Part shown: positions 8,958 to 17,629 of the stretch, one piece after another
How positions within the stretch are numbered: position 1 is the first letter of the stretch
Layout of the letters: each line of letters starts with the position of its first letter
NCBI GenBank assembly: GCA_049976845.1
Contig: JBMFHL010000013.1
Coordinates: 1-18,344, forward strand
Origin: Candidatus Micrarchaeia archaeon
GTDB lineage: Archaea > Micrarchaeota > Micrarchaeia > Micrarchaeales > CABMGC01
DNA length: 18,344 bases
Reading direction: 5' to 3'
The notes under the pieces: generated by a model
What the model saw: the letters and a program-made list of their open reading frames with translations, nothing else
Databases searched by the model: none
What the model was told of the DNA's origin: nothing
Program-made: the position numbers and the translations under genes

Positions 8958-9005
8958 GCGAAAGGCTTAAATATTCTAATTTTAAAATAGTTTAAAATTA
9001 AACTA
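8958..9005 (+). promoter_or_regulatory. BRE/TATA promoter followed by a palindromic candidate PadR operator
   Basis: Purine-rich GCGAAAGG, then TTAAATA (8967-8973). Perfect inverted repeats TAATTTTAAA-N4-TTTAAAATTA (8977-9000) and TAGTTTAA-N2-TTAAACTA (8988-9005) follow. Confidence 0.6.
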
Positions 9006-9016
9006 AACGTGGTAAA

Positions 9017-9364
9017 ATGGCCGAGGCGCTTTTTAACAAAAGCTTTATTGGTCCAATGGGCAAGATAAGAAGCGTGGCAATTGAGTTTAGGGTGCTCAAG
9101 TGCATAGGCGAAAAGGAAGCATACCCCTACAGCCTCTTCAAGAAGCTCAGCAATTCTGAGCACGGCCGCTTCTTCAAGCTCGAAAAATCTGAACTTTACA
9201 ACACAATAGCCTCATTGGAAAAGAAGGGATACATAAAAGTGTCAAGGCATAAAGTGGCAAAAAAATATTATGCAATAACCCCTAAGGGCAAGCGTGTGTT
9301 GAGCAATCTGAAGAGAATTTATTCAAAGACCCTTAGCGAAATAATAAGGCTTTTGAGTGACTGA
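9017..9364 (+). CDS. PadR-family winged-helix transcriptional regulator
   Basis: VL..I.EKEAYPYSL, SELYNTIASLEKKGYI and KYYAITPKGK match the PadR pattern. First gene of an ABC operon. Confidence 0.9.
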   Translation: MAEALFNKSFIGPMGKIRSVAIEFRVLKCIGEKEAYPYSLFKKLSNSEHGRFFKLEKSELYNTIASLEKKGYIKVSRHKVAKKYYAITPKGKRVLSNLKRIYSKTLSEIIRLLSD

Positions 9365-9366
9365 CA

Positions 9367-10362
9367 ATGGAGGGCAATTCAATAGAAATATATAATCTTG
9401 TAAAGAGGTTCGGAGACCTGGTGGCGGTAAACGACATAAGCCTAAAAATAGCCAAAGGCGAGTTCTTCGGGCTACTCGGCCCAAATGGCGCAGGAAAGAC
9501 AACGCTAATAAATGTAATAATGGGGCTGCTTGACCCTACCTCTGGCAGAGTTGTGGTTGACAACATAGACGCAAAGAAAGACATAGAGAGGATAAGGCAA
9601 AGAATAGGATTTGTAACGCAGGAAACTATAATAGAGCCAGAGCTTACGGCTATGGATAACATGAGGCTTTTTGGCAGACTGTATCACGTGCCCAGCGATG
9701 TTATAGAAAAAAGGTCGCGTGAACTTTTGAAAATGGTTGGCCTAGAGAATTTCGCAAACATGATGGGTGGCGTCATGTCAGGAGGCATGCAGCGCAGGCT
9801 TGCGGTTGCAAAGGCGCTGATACATGAACCAAGCATAATCATACTAGACGAGCCAACGACTGGATTGGATATTCAGAACAGGACAAAGTTCTGGGAGCTG
9901 CTTGAAAGCATAAACAGGGAGAAGAAGATAACGATTTTATTGACAACCCAATATTTGGAAGAAGCAGACAAGCTGTGCGAGAGGATAGCGGTAATAGACC
10001 ACGGCAAAGTCGTTGCACTAGGCTCGCCATCAGAGCTCAAGAGGAGCATAAGCAAGGGCTCGGTGCTTGAGATATCAGTCGAAAAGAACGACATGCAGAA
10101 AACCCTAGACATTGCAAAATCGTTTTTCAAGCAAGTGCCTAAGCAGCAAGGCGACAGGCTGCTTGTAAATGTCGAGGGCGATGCTGTCGGCATTATGGAC
10201 AAGTTCATAAAGCTCCTAGAGGAAAAGCGCATAAAAGTGGTGAGCATAAGCATGCACCAGCCAACGCTCGACGACGTTTTTCTCAGGCTTACAGGCTCCT
10301 CGCTTAGGGACTCTGTGTCATCTGAAACGGTTTCAAGGGCAACAATGATGAGGAGGAGATAA
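9367..10362 (+). CDS. ABC-2 (DrrA-like) exporter ATP-binding protein
   Basis: Walker A GPNGAGKTT, signature SGGMQRR, Walker B IIILDEPTTGLD, LTTQYLEEAD, and C-terminal PTLDDVFLRLTG. Confidence 0.95.
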   Translation: MEGNSIEIYNLVKRFGDLVAVNDISLKIAKGEFFGLLGPNGAGKTTLINVIMGLLDPTSGRVVVDNIDAKKDIERIRQRIGFVTQETIIEPELTAMDNMRLFGRLYHVPSDVIEKRSRELLKMVGLENFANMMGGVMSGGMQRRLAVAKALIHEPSIIILDEPTTGLDIQNRTKFWELLESINREKKITILLTTQYLEEADKLCERIAVIDHGKVVALGSPSELKRSISKGSVLEISVEKNDMQKTLDIAKSFFKQVPKQQGDRLLVNVEGDAVGIMDKFIKLLEEKRIKVVSISMHQPTLDDVFLRLTGSSLRDSVSSETVSRATMMRRR

Positions 10363-11480
10363 TGGGATTGCTTGGAGACACCTATGCATTGTACATAAGG
10401 GAGATGCTCATATTCAAGAAGAATATCAGGACAAGCATAGCGAGGTCATTGATATTCCCATTGGTTCTCATACTGCTCCTTGGCAACATGGGCAACAACG
10501 TGACAAACCTCCCGATAGCAGTAGTAAATTACAACAACGGTGCAAGCTCCATAAATTTCATAAACCAGCTCGAATCTGGAAAGGTGGTGAGCGTGCAGAG
10601 CGTTACCACTGAGCAGAATGCAATGTCGCTGCTGCAGAACGGCGTTGTCACTGTCGTGCTTGTCATACCTCCAAATTTTGGATCGCCTGGATCAACAATA
10701 TACATGTATGTTGACTCTTCTTCGCCACTGTCTTCTACATCTGCACTCTCCTATATAACAGGCATAGTGACGCAGTTCGGCGCGCAGCTCGTGAAGAATT
10801 CATATCCTGCGAAATCAAGCGGGGAGGAGCTGCTTGGCGTAAACACAAATTATGCATACGGCGCTTCAGCAAACTACAAAACGTTTCTTGTTGCTGGAAT
10901 AGTAATAATGGTAGCTGCATTTGGTTCTATGTGGAGCGGCGGCATGACGCTGCTCACTGACAGGCAGTTCGGCAATCTGAAAGCTTTCCTTGCCGCGCCG
11001 ATAAACAAAACGGCAATAATGCTCAGCAAGCTCTTCTATGGCGTTACTCAAGCTGTATTATCAGGCATTCTGGCGCTCATTGTTGGCATTCTAGACGGAG
11101 CAACCATAGCAAGCGGATTCCTGGGCATATTGGGCATTTTGTTCTTCGTGTTACTGAGCGCTTTCGGCTTCGGCGCCTTAACAATAATACTTGCGGCAAG
11201 GATAAACAAGATAGAGGTATATTCCCTTATAGGCATGGCGATAACAATGCCTCTGTGGTTCCTTTCAGGCGCATTTCTGCCCACAAGCACGCTGCCCAGC
11301 TACATGGTGCCGCTAAGCACTGTAAATCCGATGACCTATGCGGTGAATGCGGTGAGGGACTTCATGCTAAAAGGCTATATCTCAATGTCTTCGTTCCTTT
11401 TCGATGCGGGCTTAATGGCAGCATTCGCAATAGTGATGTTCCTTCTCGGGCTTTTGATATTTAAGAATAAAATAGGGTGA
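10362..11480 (+). CDS. ABC-2 type permease with extracellular domain
   Basis: One N-terminal TM, then an extracellular loop (IAVVN.N...IPPNF) and 5 further TMs. Motifs DRQFGNLKAFLAAPI, FLSGAFLP...LP, NPMTYAV.A.R. TAATG overlap with the ATPase. Confidence 0.93.
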   Translation: MGLLGDTYALYIREMLIFKKNIRTSIARSLIFPLVLILLLGNMGNNVTNLPIAVVNYNNGASSINFINQLESGKVVSVQSVTTEQNAMSLLQNGVVTVVLVIPPNFGSPGSTIYMYVDSSSPLSSTSALSYITGIVTQFGAQLVKNSYPAKSSGEELLGVNTNYAYGASANYKTFLVAGIVIMVAAFGSMWSGGMTLLTDRQFGNLKAFLAAPINKTAIMLSKLFYGVTQAVLSGILALIVGILDGATIASGFLGILGILFFVLLSAFGFGALTIILAARINKIEVYSLIGMAITMPLWFLSGAFLPTSTLPSYMVPLSTVNPMTYAVNAVRDFMLKGYISMSSFLFDAGLMAAFAIVMFLLGLLIFKNKIG

Positions 11481-11484
11481 ATGG

Positions 11485-13083
11485 ATGAATACAAAGTATA
11501 TATGCATGGCAGCAATCTTTGCAATGTTTCTAGCTGCAGCAAATGCAAATGCGCAGACCGCGCCAGCAGGCGCTCTTTCTTTATCAAATCTGGCAGTGAG
11601 CCCAAATCCAATCGTAGCAGGCTCAACTGTGCACATGGCATTCCAGCTATACAATTCTTATACGCAGCCTCTGCAGAACGTCAACCTGTACATGGAAGGC
11701 GCTTATCCGCTGCTCAACTTTTCGCCTGCATCCTCATATCTCATATCGAGTATAGGCCAGGGCATATACGGGGGCATTAACTCCTATATATTCTACAACC
11801 TCACAATCCCAAAGGATACGCCAACAGGCGTTTACACAATATACCTGTATGCCACTTACCAAACCTTATCAACAACGCAGAGCGGCCTCTCCTCTTACTC
11901 GCAAACAATAACAGGCGAATCTGTAATACCAATAACGCTTCATGTAAATGGCATTCCCAACATAACCGAGAGCTCGGCAGTAACATCGCCGATACAGCCT
12001 GGGGAAGCATTCACCATGAGCATGAACCTCCAGAACACGGGCTACGACACCGCAAAGAACATAACAATAAACGTTTACCCTAGCAGCAACGGGACCCTAA
12101 AGCCGATAGGCAGTTCTACATATGTTCTCGGGGCGCTGCCTGAAGGAGGCGAAGCCAGTATACCAATAAGCGTAATCGCAAGCCAGGGCATAGCAAACAA
12201 TTCATATTACATGCCCGTGAGCATAACATACTATTCAAGCACAGGAAGGGAATACAGCTACAATACGAATATGCAGGTGCTTCCGGAGATAAGCAACCCA
12301 AGCATAGCTGTTTCAGTGGCAAGCGCAATGCCCCCAATGCTCTATTCGGGCTATAACCAGAGCCTGCTGCTCTCTATTCAGAACATAGGCTACGGCACTG
12401 CAAGGAATATAAGCATTTCAATAGCACAGGGAAACGGCGTATCCTTGCTTGGCTCGGTGCACAAATTCTTCATAGGCGCCCTGCCGCAGGGATCCAGTTT
12501 GACAGAAGAGGTTTATGTTGCAGCCAACTTCTCCAACAGAACGTCAGGAAACATTATTGCAAACGCAACATATTATTCATCAAACTATGCTAGCAAATTC
12601 TCAAATTCTTATAACATAAGCCTTTCATTTGCTCCTTCTGCGCAGTTCCAGATAATCAATACGAGCAGCAGTGCAGTTCCAGGGGCAACAGACATACCAA
12701 TAACATATACCATAAAAAACGTTGGCAATGAAGTAGCAAAGCAGGTGCAGGTCAGCTTCCAGAGCATATACCCAATAACGCCTATAAACGGCAACGCCTA
12801 CATAGCAAGCATTGGGCCCGGAGAGGAAGTGAATGTTACCTTCTTGGTAAACATAGACACAAGCGGATTGCCAGGATCATATCCTGTGACGCTCTTCGAG
12901 ACGTGGAAACAGCCAAACGGAACTCCCAATGAGGAATACAGCGCCTCCAACAACTACTTCGCAACAGTAAGCAGCGGCTCAAGCGGCAACTCTTCGCTCA
13001 TATGGAATATAGCAATAATAGTGGTAGTGGTTGCAGTGGCAACAGCATTCGCGGCGAAGAGAAGGAAGAGGAGCAAAAAATAG
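11485..13083 (+). CDS. COG1361-like (S-layer domain / CARDB Ig-like repeat) membrane-anchored surface glycoprotein
   Basis: Signal peptide ending ANA-Q and four Ig-like repeats (LYNSYTQPLQNV, LQNTGYDTAKNI, IQNIGYGTARNI, IKNVGNEVAKQV). About 16 N-x-S/T sequons by hand count. C-terminal TM helix and KRRKRSKK tail. Confidence 0.85.
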   Translation: MNTKYICMAAIFAMFLAAANANAQTAPAGALSLSNLAVSPNPIVAGSTVHMAFQLYNSYTQPLQNVNLYMEGAYPLLNFSPASSYLISSIGQGIYGGINSYIFYNLTIPKDTPTGVYTIYLYATYQTLSTTQSGLSSYSQTITGESVIPITLHVNGIPNITESSAVTSPIQPGEAFTMSMNLQNTGYDTAKNITINVYPSSNGTLKPIGSSTYVLGALPEGGEASIPISVIASQGIANNSYYMPVSITYYSSTGREYSYNTNMQVLPEISNPSIAVSVASAMPPMLYSGYNQSLLLSIQNIGYGTARNISISIAQGNGVSLLGSVHKFFIGALPQGSSLTEEVYVAANFSNRTSGNIIANATYYSSNYASKFSNSYNISLSFAPSAQFQIINTSSSAVPGATDIPITYTIKNVGNEVAKQVQVSFQSIYPITPINGNAYIASIGPGEEVNVTFLVNIDTSGLPGSYPVTLFETWKQPNGTPNEEYSASNNYFATVSSGSSGNSSLIWNIAIIVVVVAVATAFAAKRRKRSKK

Positions 13084-13199
13084 CAACGCATTACATCACT
13101 TAGCAGATGCAGAAACAAATATTTATACAGATTGCCATACAAAATATAATTCAGTAATAAAAGACAAAAAAAAGCAACAACGCATAAAGTGGTGTAATA

Positions 13200-14888
13200 A
13201 TGGCAAGGTTCGTATTGGTTGCAGACTCTAGCCTGAACGCTAGTTATAGGAATTTCCCGCTCCTAGATTTTTTGCCCAGCGCGCCTGTTGAAGGCATTCC
13301 TAAGCCAATATACAACTTCCTGAAGGGCAAGCCATACAAAGCGCTCCCAGACGGCTCGATAAGCGTTACAAGCTATGCGCTACGGAAGATAGAGGCTGCG
13401 CTATTGCAGAGGTTCCCGCGCAACGAGGTAGTGCTTGCGCACGAGAAATACCTTGACAGATTCATAACCGATGACACAGAGATCATAGGCGTCGACACTA
13501 TGGACCCTCTAGGCACAGGCCCTGTCACAATGTCTTACATTGCATTGCTAAAGAGCAAGAAGGGCGCTTGGGTCACGCAGGAGTGGCTCAGGCTCATAAG
13601 GAAAATAAACAGGATCAGGAAAGGGAAAAAGGCGAAGCTGCTTATAGGAGGGCCAGGCGTTTGGGATTTCACGCTATTCCCTGAGGAGCTCGACAAGGAG
13701 AATATAGACTATGCATTCCAAGGCGAGAGCGACGACGTGATCTGCGACCTTTTCGAGCAGCTGCCGAAAGGCGAATTAAACAAGGATGAGTTCTTCGAAG
13801 GCTATGTGACTATGGATGAAAACTTTCACAGGAGCCTTGTCAAACACCCAAAGTTCATATCAAGAAGCCCAAAAATAGGCCTAGGAGCACCTATATCAAA
13901 GATACCAACTATAGTGGCTCCGGCTCACGGCGGCATGGTAGAGATAATGAGAGGTTGCGGCATAGGCTGCGACTTCTGCGAGGTTACGCTGAGGCCATTG
14001 AGATACTATACAAACGAGATGATAATAAAGGAGATAGAAGCAAACGTGCGTGGCGGCTACGACAATGCGTGGCTTCACACCGATGAGATTTTTGGATTCA
14101 GGCACACAAAGACAAACTTCGAGCCGAATGAGGAAGCGCTCATAGACTTATTCAAAACAGTAATGTCTGTAAAAGGCGTCAAGAGGACCAATCCGACACA
14201 TGGCAGAATAAGCCCTGCCGCAGCATATCCCGATCTAATAAAAAAATTATCAGAGATAATAAAAGCAGGGCCAGATAATTGGATAGGCATGCAAGTGGGC
14301 GTTGAGACAGGAAGCGATATTCTTGCTAAAAGGCATATGCCTAATAAGACGCTGCCGCTGCATGTCGGGCCCGACGGCACATGGAGAGAAATAGTCTGGG
14401 AAGGCACCAGAAACCTAAACAAATACTTCTGGAGGCCTGCATTCACTTTGCAGGTTGGCCAGGCCGAGGAGACAGATGAAGACAACTGGGATTCAGTAGC
14501 ATTGATAAATCAGCTCAGCAATGGCTACGTAGACAATAGGCCATTCGAGTTCACGATAACGCCTCTGCAGAACGTGCCTATGGGCCTGATAAAAAGCAGG
14601 GAATTCTCGCAGATAACGCTGAGCCCTTCGCAGCTCGCAGTTTATTACGCTAGCTACAGGCACCTCTACAAGATGGCTGTGAGGAATGCGCGGCTCGAAA
14701 GCCAGAGGAGTGGCAACAAGCTCGCTAAGTTCGGCACATCTACGCTTATATCTGTTGGGGCATGGGCAATGATGGAATTCGTAGAGAGCATTGCCAGGAA
14801 AGGGGGTGCCGATATAGAAAAGGCGAAGACATACGGGCTTGAAAGCCCTTCTAAGCGCATAGAAACCATTTCAATGATTGAGAAATAG
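13200..14888 (+). CDS. B12-binding radical SAM enzyme, GDGT ring synthase (Grs)-like family
   Basis: CGIGCDFC (13956-13979) within VEIMRGC. N-terminal cobalamin-type domain with YALRKIEAAL, DPLG.GP, IGGPG.W and QGE; also GVETGS. SD GTGGTG. The radical SAM call is secure; the Grs affinity rests on recalled motifs. Confidence 0.88.
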   Translation: MARFVLVADSSLNASYRNFPLLDFLPSAPVEGIPKPIYNFLKGKPYKALPDGSISVTSYALRKIEAALLQRFPRNEVVLAHEKYLDRFITDDTEIIGVDTMDPLGTGPVTMSYIALLKSKKGAWVTQEWLRLIRKINRIRKGKKAKLLIGGPGVWDFTLFPEELDKENIDYAFQGESDDVICDLFEQLPKGELNKDEFFEGYVTMDENFHRSLVKHPKFISRSPKIGLGAPISKIPTIVAPAHGGMVEIMRGCGIGCDFCEVTLRPLRYYTNEMIIKEIEANVRGGYDNAWLHTDEIFGFRHTKTNFEPNEEALIDLFKTVMSVKGVKRTNPTHGRISPAAAYPDLIKKLSEIIKAGPDNWIGMQVGVETGSDILAKRHMPNKTLPLHVGPDGTWREIVWEGTRNLNKYFWRPAFTLQVGQAEETDEDNWDSVALINQLSNGYVDNRPFEFTITPLQNVPMGLIKSREFSQITLSPSQLAVYYASYRHLYKMAVRNARLESQRSGNKLAKFGTSTLISVGAWAMMEFVESIARKGGADIEKAKTYGLESPSKRIETISMIEK

Positions 14889-14955
14889 CAGCAGCAAACT
14901 AGCGCAATAACCCAAGCGGCTAAAGCATAAATGCAAATTCAGTGCATTCATGCGC

Positions 14956-14971
14956 AAGCATTGGAATGCTT
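14956..14971. terminator. short hairpin between convergent genes
   Basis: AAGCAT-TGGA-ATGCTT lies 4 nt beyond the stop of the minus-strand gene. Confidence 0.35.
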
Positions 14972-14975
14972 TAAT

Positions 14976-15671
14976 TCAATTTTTGAGCTCTATCTCTATA
15001 GGGCCGGAATAGCTGAATGCCGGCGCCTTCATGAAAATCTCCAATATATAGCTGTCTTCCTCGTCAAGCTTCACGGGCAGCTTGGGCTCAGTATATGCGA
15101 ACTCGAAAGGCTCGCTTACCTTTATACTTTCTACAATATCCTTGTGCTTCAGTATTCTGTAAAGCTGCACGCCCACTTTTATTATCTCTCCAGCGTTTAC
15201 ATTTGTGGAAATTGCCGAATCCTCTATCTCCACAGAATTGCCGTTGTGCAAGAGCGAAATATGCGAAATGCCGAGATGAACAACGCTCTCTTCCTCCCTC
15301 TCAAATTCCAGGTTCATTGGCCCATAATAAGAAATACTGGGCGCCTTCACCTTAATCACAAAATCAGTGCTAGAGCCGAAGGATATTGCGCAAGGCGGCT
15401 TTGGCTCTATAGAGACAATCTGGAAAGGCTTCTCTACCGATATATTTTTTATTGTGACAGCCTTGCCTTTGAGCTCCTTCGCAATAAAATCATACTCAGG
15501 CTTGTTTGAGAAAGGTATCTTTACCTCGAATTCATTCCCATCGAAATCAACTCCAGGGAGATTGTGAACTTGCCCCATGTACTTTATGCTTATACTGCTT
15601 ACGCTAATTTTGCTACCCTCTCTCTTGCCTTTGCCAGCGAGAATCGATCTTATCCTGTCTTTAATTTTCAT
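14976..15671 (-). CDS. hypothetical protein with two tandem Ig-like beta-sandwich repeats
   Basis: aa 77-123 and 183-229 align without gaps (I.V..PF.....EPK.P...KAP..SY.GP...E). Starts 14 nt after the malic enzyme stop. Confidence 0.82.
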   Translation of the reverse strand: MKIKDRIRSILAGKGKREGSKISVSSISIKYMGQVHNLPGVDFDGNEFEVKIPFSNKPEYDFIAKELKGKAVTIKNISVEKPFQIVSIEPKPPCAISFGSSTDFVIKVKAPSISYYGPMNLEFEREEESVVHLGISHISLLHNGNSVEIEDSAISTNVNAGEIIKVGVQLYRILKHKDIVESIKVSEPFEFAYTEPKLPVKLDEEDSYILEIFMKAPAFSYSGPIEIELKN

Positions 15672-15685
15672 AAATACAAAACCGA

Positions 15686-16942
15686 TTAAGGCTTTGCCTT
15701 CGAACCTGAGATAAGCTTCTTTGCGTTCTCGTACAATTCATCGTAGCTCATGTTTGATTCAGTCAAATGCTCCTTCTGCGCCTCAATGCCTACTCCAGCA
15801 GCTATCCTGTAATAGACCTCTCGCTCGTCCATCCTCGGAACAATATAATCTGCACGCAGGCCCTTCTCCTCAGCATATTTCGCCAGTTCAAGCGAAGCTG
15901 CGATTGCCATATTGTCTGTTATCTTCCTTGCCTGCACATCCAATACACCCCTGAACACGCCCGGGAAAACCAATGAATTGTTAACTTGATTAGGCAAGTC
16001 GCTCCTTCCTGTCCCGTAAATCTTCGCGCCAGCGCGCAGGGCCTTCTCTTCATCTATATCCGGATCAGGGTTAGCGAGCGCAAAAACTATAGAATCCTTA
16101 TTCATGCTTCTTACCCACTCCTCTTTTACTGCTCCTTTGGCAGAGGCTGCTATTATTGCGTCAGCGCCTTTCACAGCCTCTTCTACAGTAGTAAAATTAT
16201 CCTCGTTTGTTTCTTGTATTATCTCGTATTTCTGCCTGTTCTTAACCTTGAGCTCGTTCTCGTCGCTCCTGCCCCTGTAAAGAACACCCTTTGAATCCGC
16301 AACCACAACCTTCCTGGGATCAACGCCATATGCCCTGAAGAATCTAAGTATGGAGATGTTGGCAGTGCCTGCCCCAATAAATACGATTCTCGCATCGCTT
16401 GCCTTCCTGTTAGTGAGCTTCAGCGCGTTTATGAAAGCCCCCAATGCAACAGCAGCAGTTCCCTGGTTATCATCGTGCCATACGGGTATATTAAGCTCCC
16501 TCTGTAGTCTCTCCAATATATCGAATGCCTTTGGGGATTCTATATCTTCCAAATTTATTCCGCTGAACGAAGGCGCCATCGCCTTTACCGTTTCTACAAT
16601 CCTATCTGCATCTGTAGTGCCCAGCGTTATTGGCACAGCGTCTACGCCTCCAAGGTACTTGAACAGCAGGGCTTTGCCCTCCATGACAGGCATTGCTGCA
16701 TCAGGGCCTATATTGCCAAGCCCGAGCACTCTTGTGCCGTCAGTCACTATGGCTATGCTGTTCCATTTGTATGTAAGATATTTCTCCCCCTTCTCCTTTA
16801 TCAGCCTTGACACTGCGGCAACACCAGGCGTGTATATCATCGAAAAGTCTTCGAATGATTTTATTTTTACTTTTGGCTTTATCTCTATCTTGCCCTTGTT
16901 CTTTCTTGACATGCTTATTGCTTTCTCGTCGAAATTTTTCAT
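15686..16942 (-). CDS. mae: NAD(P)-dependent malic enzyme (short prokaryotic type)
   Basis: YTPGVA, VTDGTRVLGLGNIGP, PVMEGKALLFK, INLEDI, WHDD.QGTA, GAG.A, FALANPDP, TGRSD.PNQVNN...FPG.FRG.LD. SD GAGGT. Confidence 0.95.
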   Translation of the reverse strand: MKNFDEKAISMSRKNKGKIEIKPKVKIKSFEDFSMIYTPGVAAVSRLIKEKGEKYLTYKWNSIAIVTDGTRVLGLGNIGPDAAMPVMEGKALLFKYLGGVDAVPITLGTTDADRIVETVKAMAPSFSGINLEDIESPKAFDILERLQRELNIPVWHDDNQGTAAVALGAFINALKLTNRKASDARIVFIGAGTANISILRFFRAYGVDPRKVVVADSKGVLYRGRSDENELKVKNRQKYEIIQETNEDNFTTVEEAVKGADAIIAASAKGAVKEEWVRSMNKDSIVFALANPDPDIDEEKALRAGAKIYGTGRSDLPNQVNNSLVFPGVFRGVLDVQARKITDNMAIAASLELAKYAEEKGLRADYIVPRMDEREVYYRIAAGVGIEAQKEHLTESNMSYDELYENAKKLISGSKAKP

Positions 16943-17106
16943 CTAATAACCTCTATACTTATTTTTTATGTTAGCTAAAAAAGAAAATTAAAACTGAGTT
17001 ATGATATATTTGGCATATAAATTTATAAATAGTTAGCATTATGCTATGCATCTAAGCTGTTGAATTTTTAAACTTATTTTGGTATATAGTCTTGGTATGT
17101 GATTGA

Positions 17107-17553
17107 ATGCTCAACAATTTTAAGGATATGTCCCTTGGCGCATTGTTTGGCAAACTGCATGGCGCAATGTCCTCCTTTACAAAAGACATCAACGGCTTCA
17201 TAGAGAAGAACAAGAGCATAAGCATGGGTGACATAAAGGAGCTCAGGGAGCACATACAGAAAAGGCTAGAGAATAACGAGGAGGTAGAGGATAACATGAA
17301 GCTTAGGGAATTGCTCAACCTCTTTGCCACTGACAAGGCAGTTCTTGAGGTCATAAAGGAGGATTCAGAGGAGTGGATAGAAATGCTTGACGCAATAATA
17401 GAAAACCTCGAGAACAAGAAAGGCGAGCTTACCATAGAGGAAAAAGCCGAGCTGCACCAGATAATAAGCCTTGCAACAGACATAAAATCGATGCTCAGAA
17501 AGGAATCCAAGAGTTTTGACAAAAACGGAAGCACCGGGTCATCCTTTTCTTAA
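17107..17553 (+). CDS. hypothetical helical / coiled-coil protein
   Basis: 148-aa E/K/L-rich ORF with typical codons and GTGA upstream, divergent from mae. Alternative start 17128. Confidence 0.78.
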   Translation: MLNNFKDMSLGALFGKLHGAMSSFTKDINGFIEKNKSISMGDIKELREHIQKRLENNEEVEDNMKLRELLNLFATDKAVLEVIKEDSEEWIEMLDAIIENLENKKGELTIEEKAELHQIISLATDIKSMLRKESKSFDKNGSTGSSFS

Positions 17554-17629
17554 CTTTAAAATCTTTGCCGCAAAGTCCCTCAAAGGAGCAAGCTTTTTAT
17601 ATGAAAATAGCGCTACTATTATTGGTGAG

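Noticed and set aside
9937..9972. ABC H-loop His replaced by Gln (TTQYLEEAD), suggesting an inactive ATPase
   Set aside because: This variant is normal in DrrA-like exporters.
11481..11780. 99-aa Cys-rich ORF starting 4 nt before the surface protein
   Set aside because: An out-of-frame by-product of GCA/AAT-rich codons. The 11485 frame has a clear signal peptide and domain structure.
16350..16946. 198-aa plus-strand ORF opposite malic enzyme
   Set aside because: Antisense shadow with Ser/Ile-rich composition and no promoter or SD support.
17516..17629. N-terminal extension of the last plus-strand ORF
   Set aside because: It spans the TATA box and SD and overlaps the previous gene. The real start is probably 17630 or 17633.
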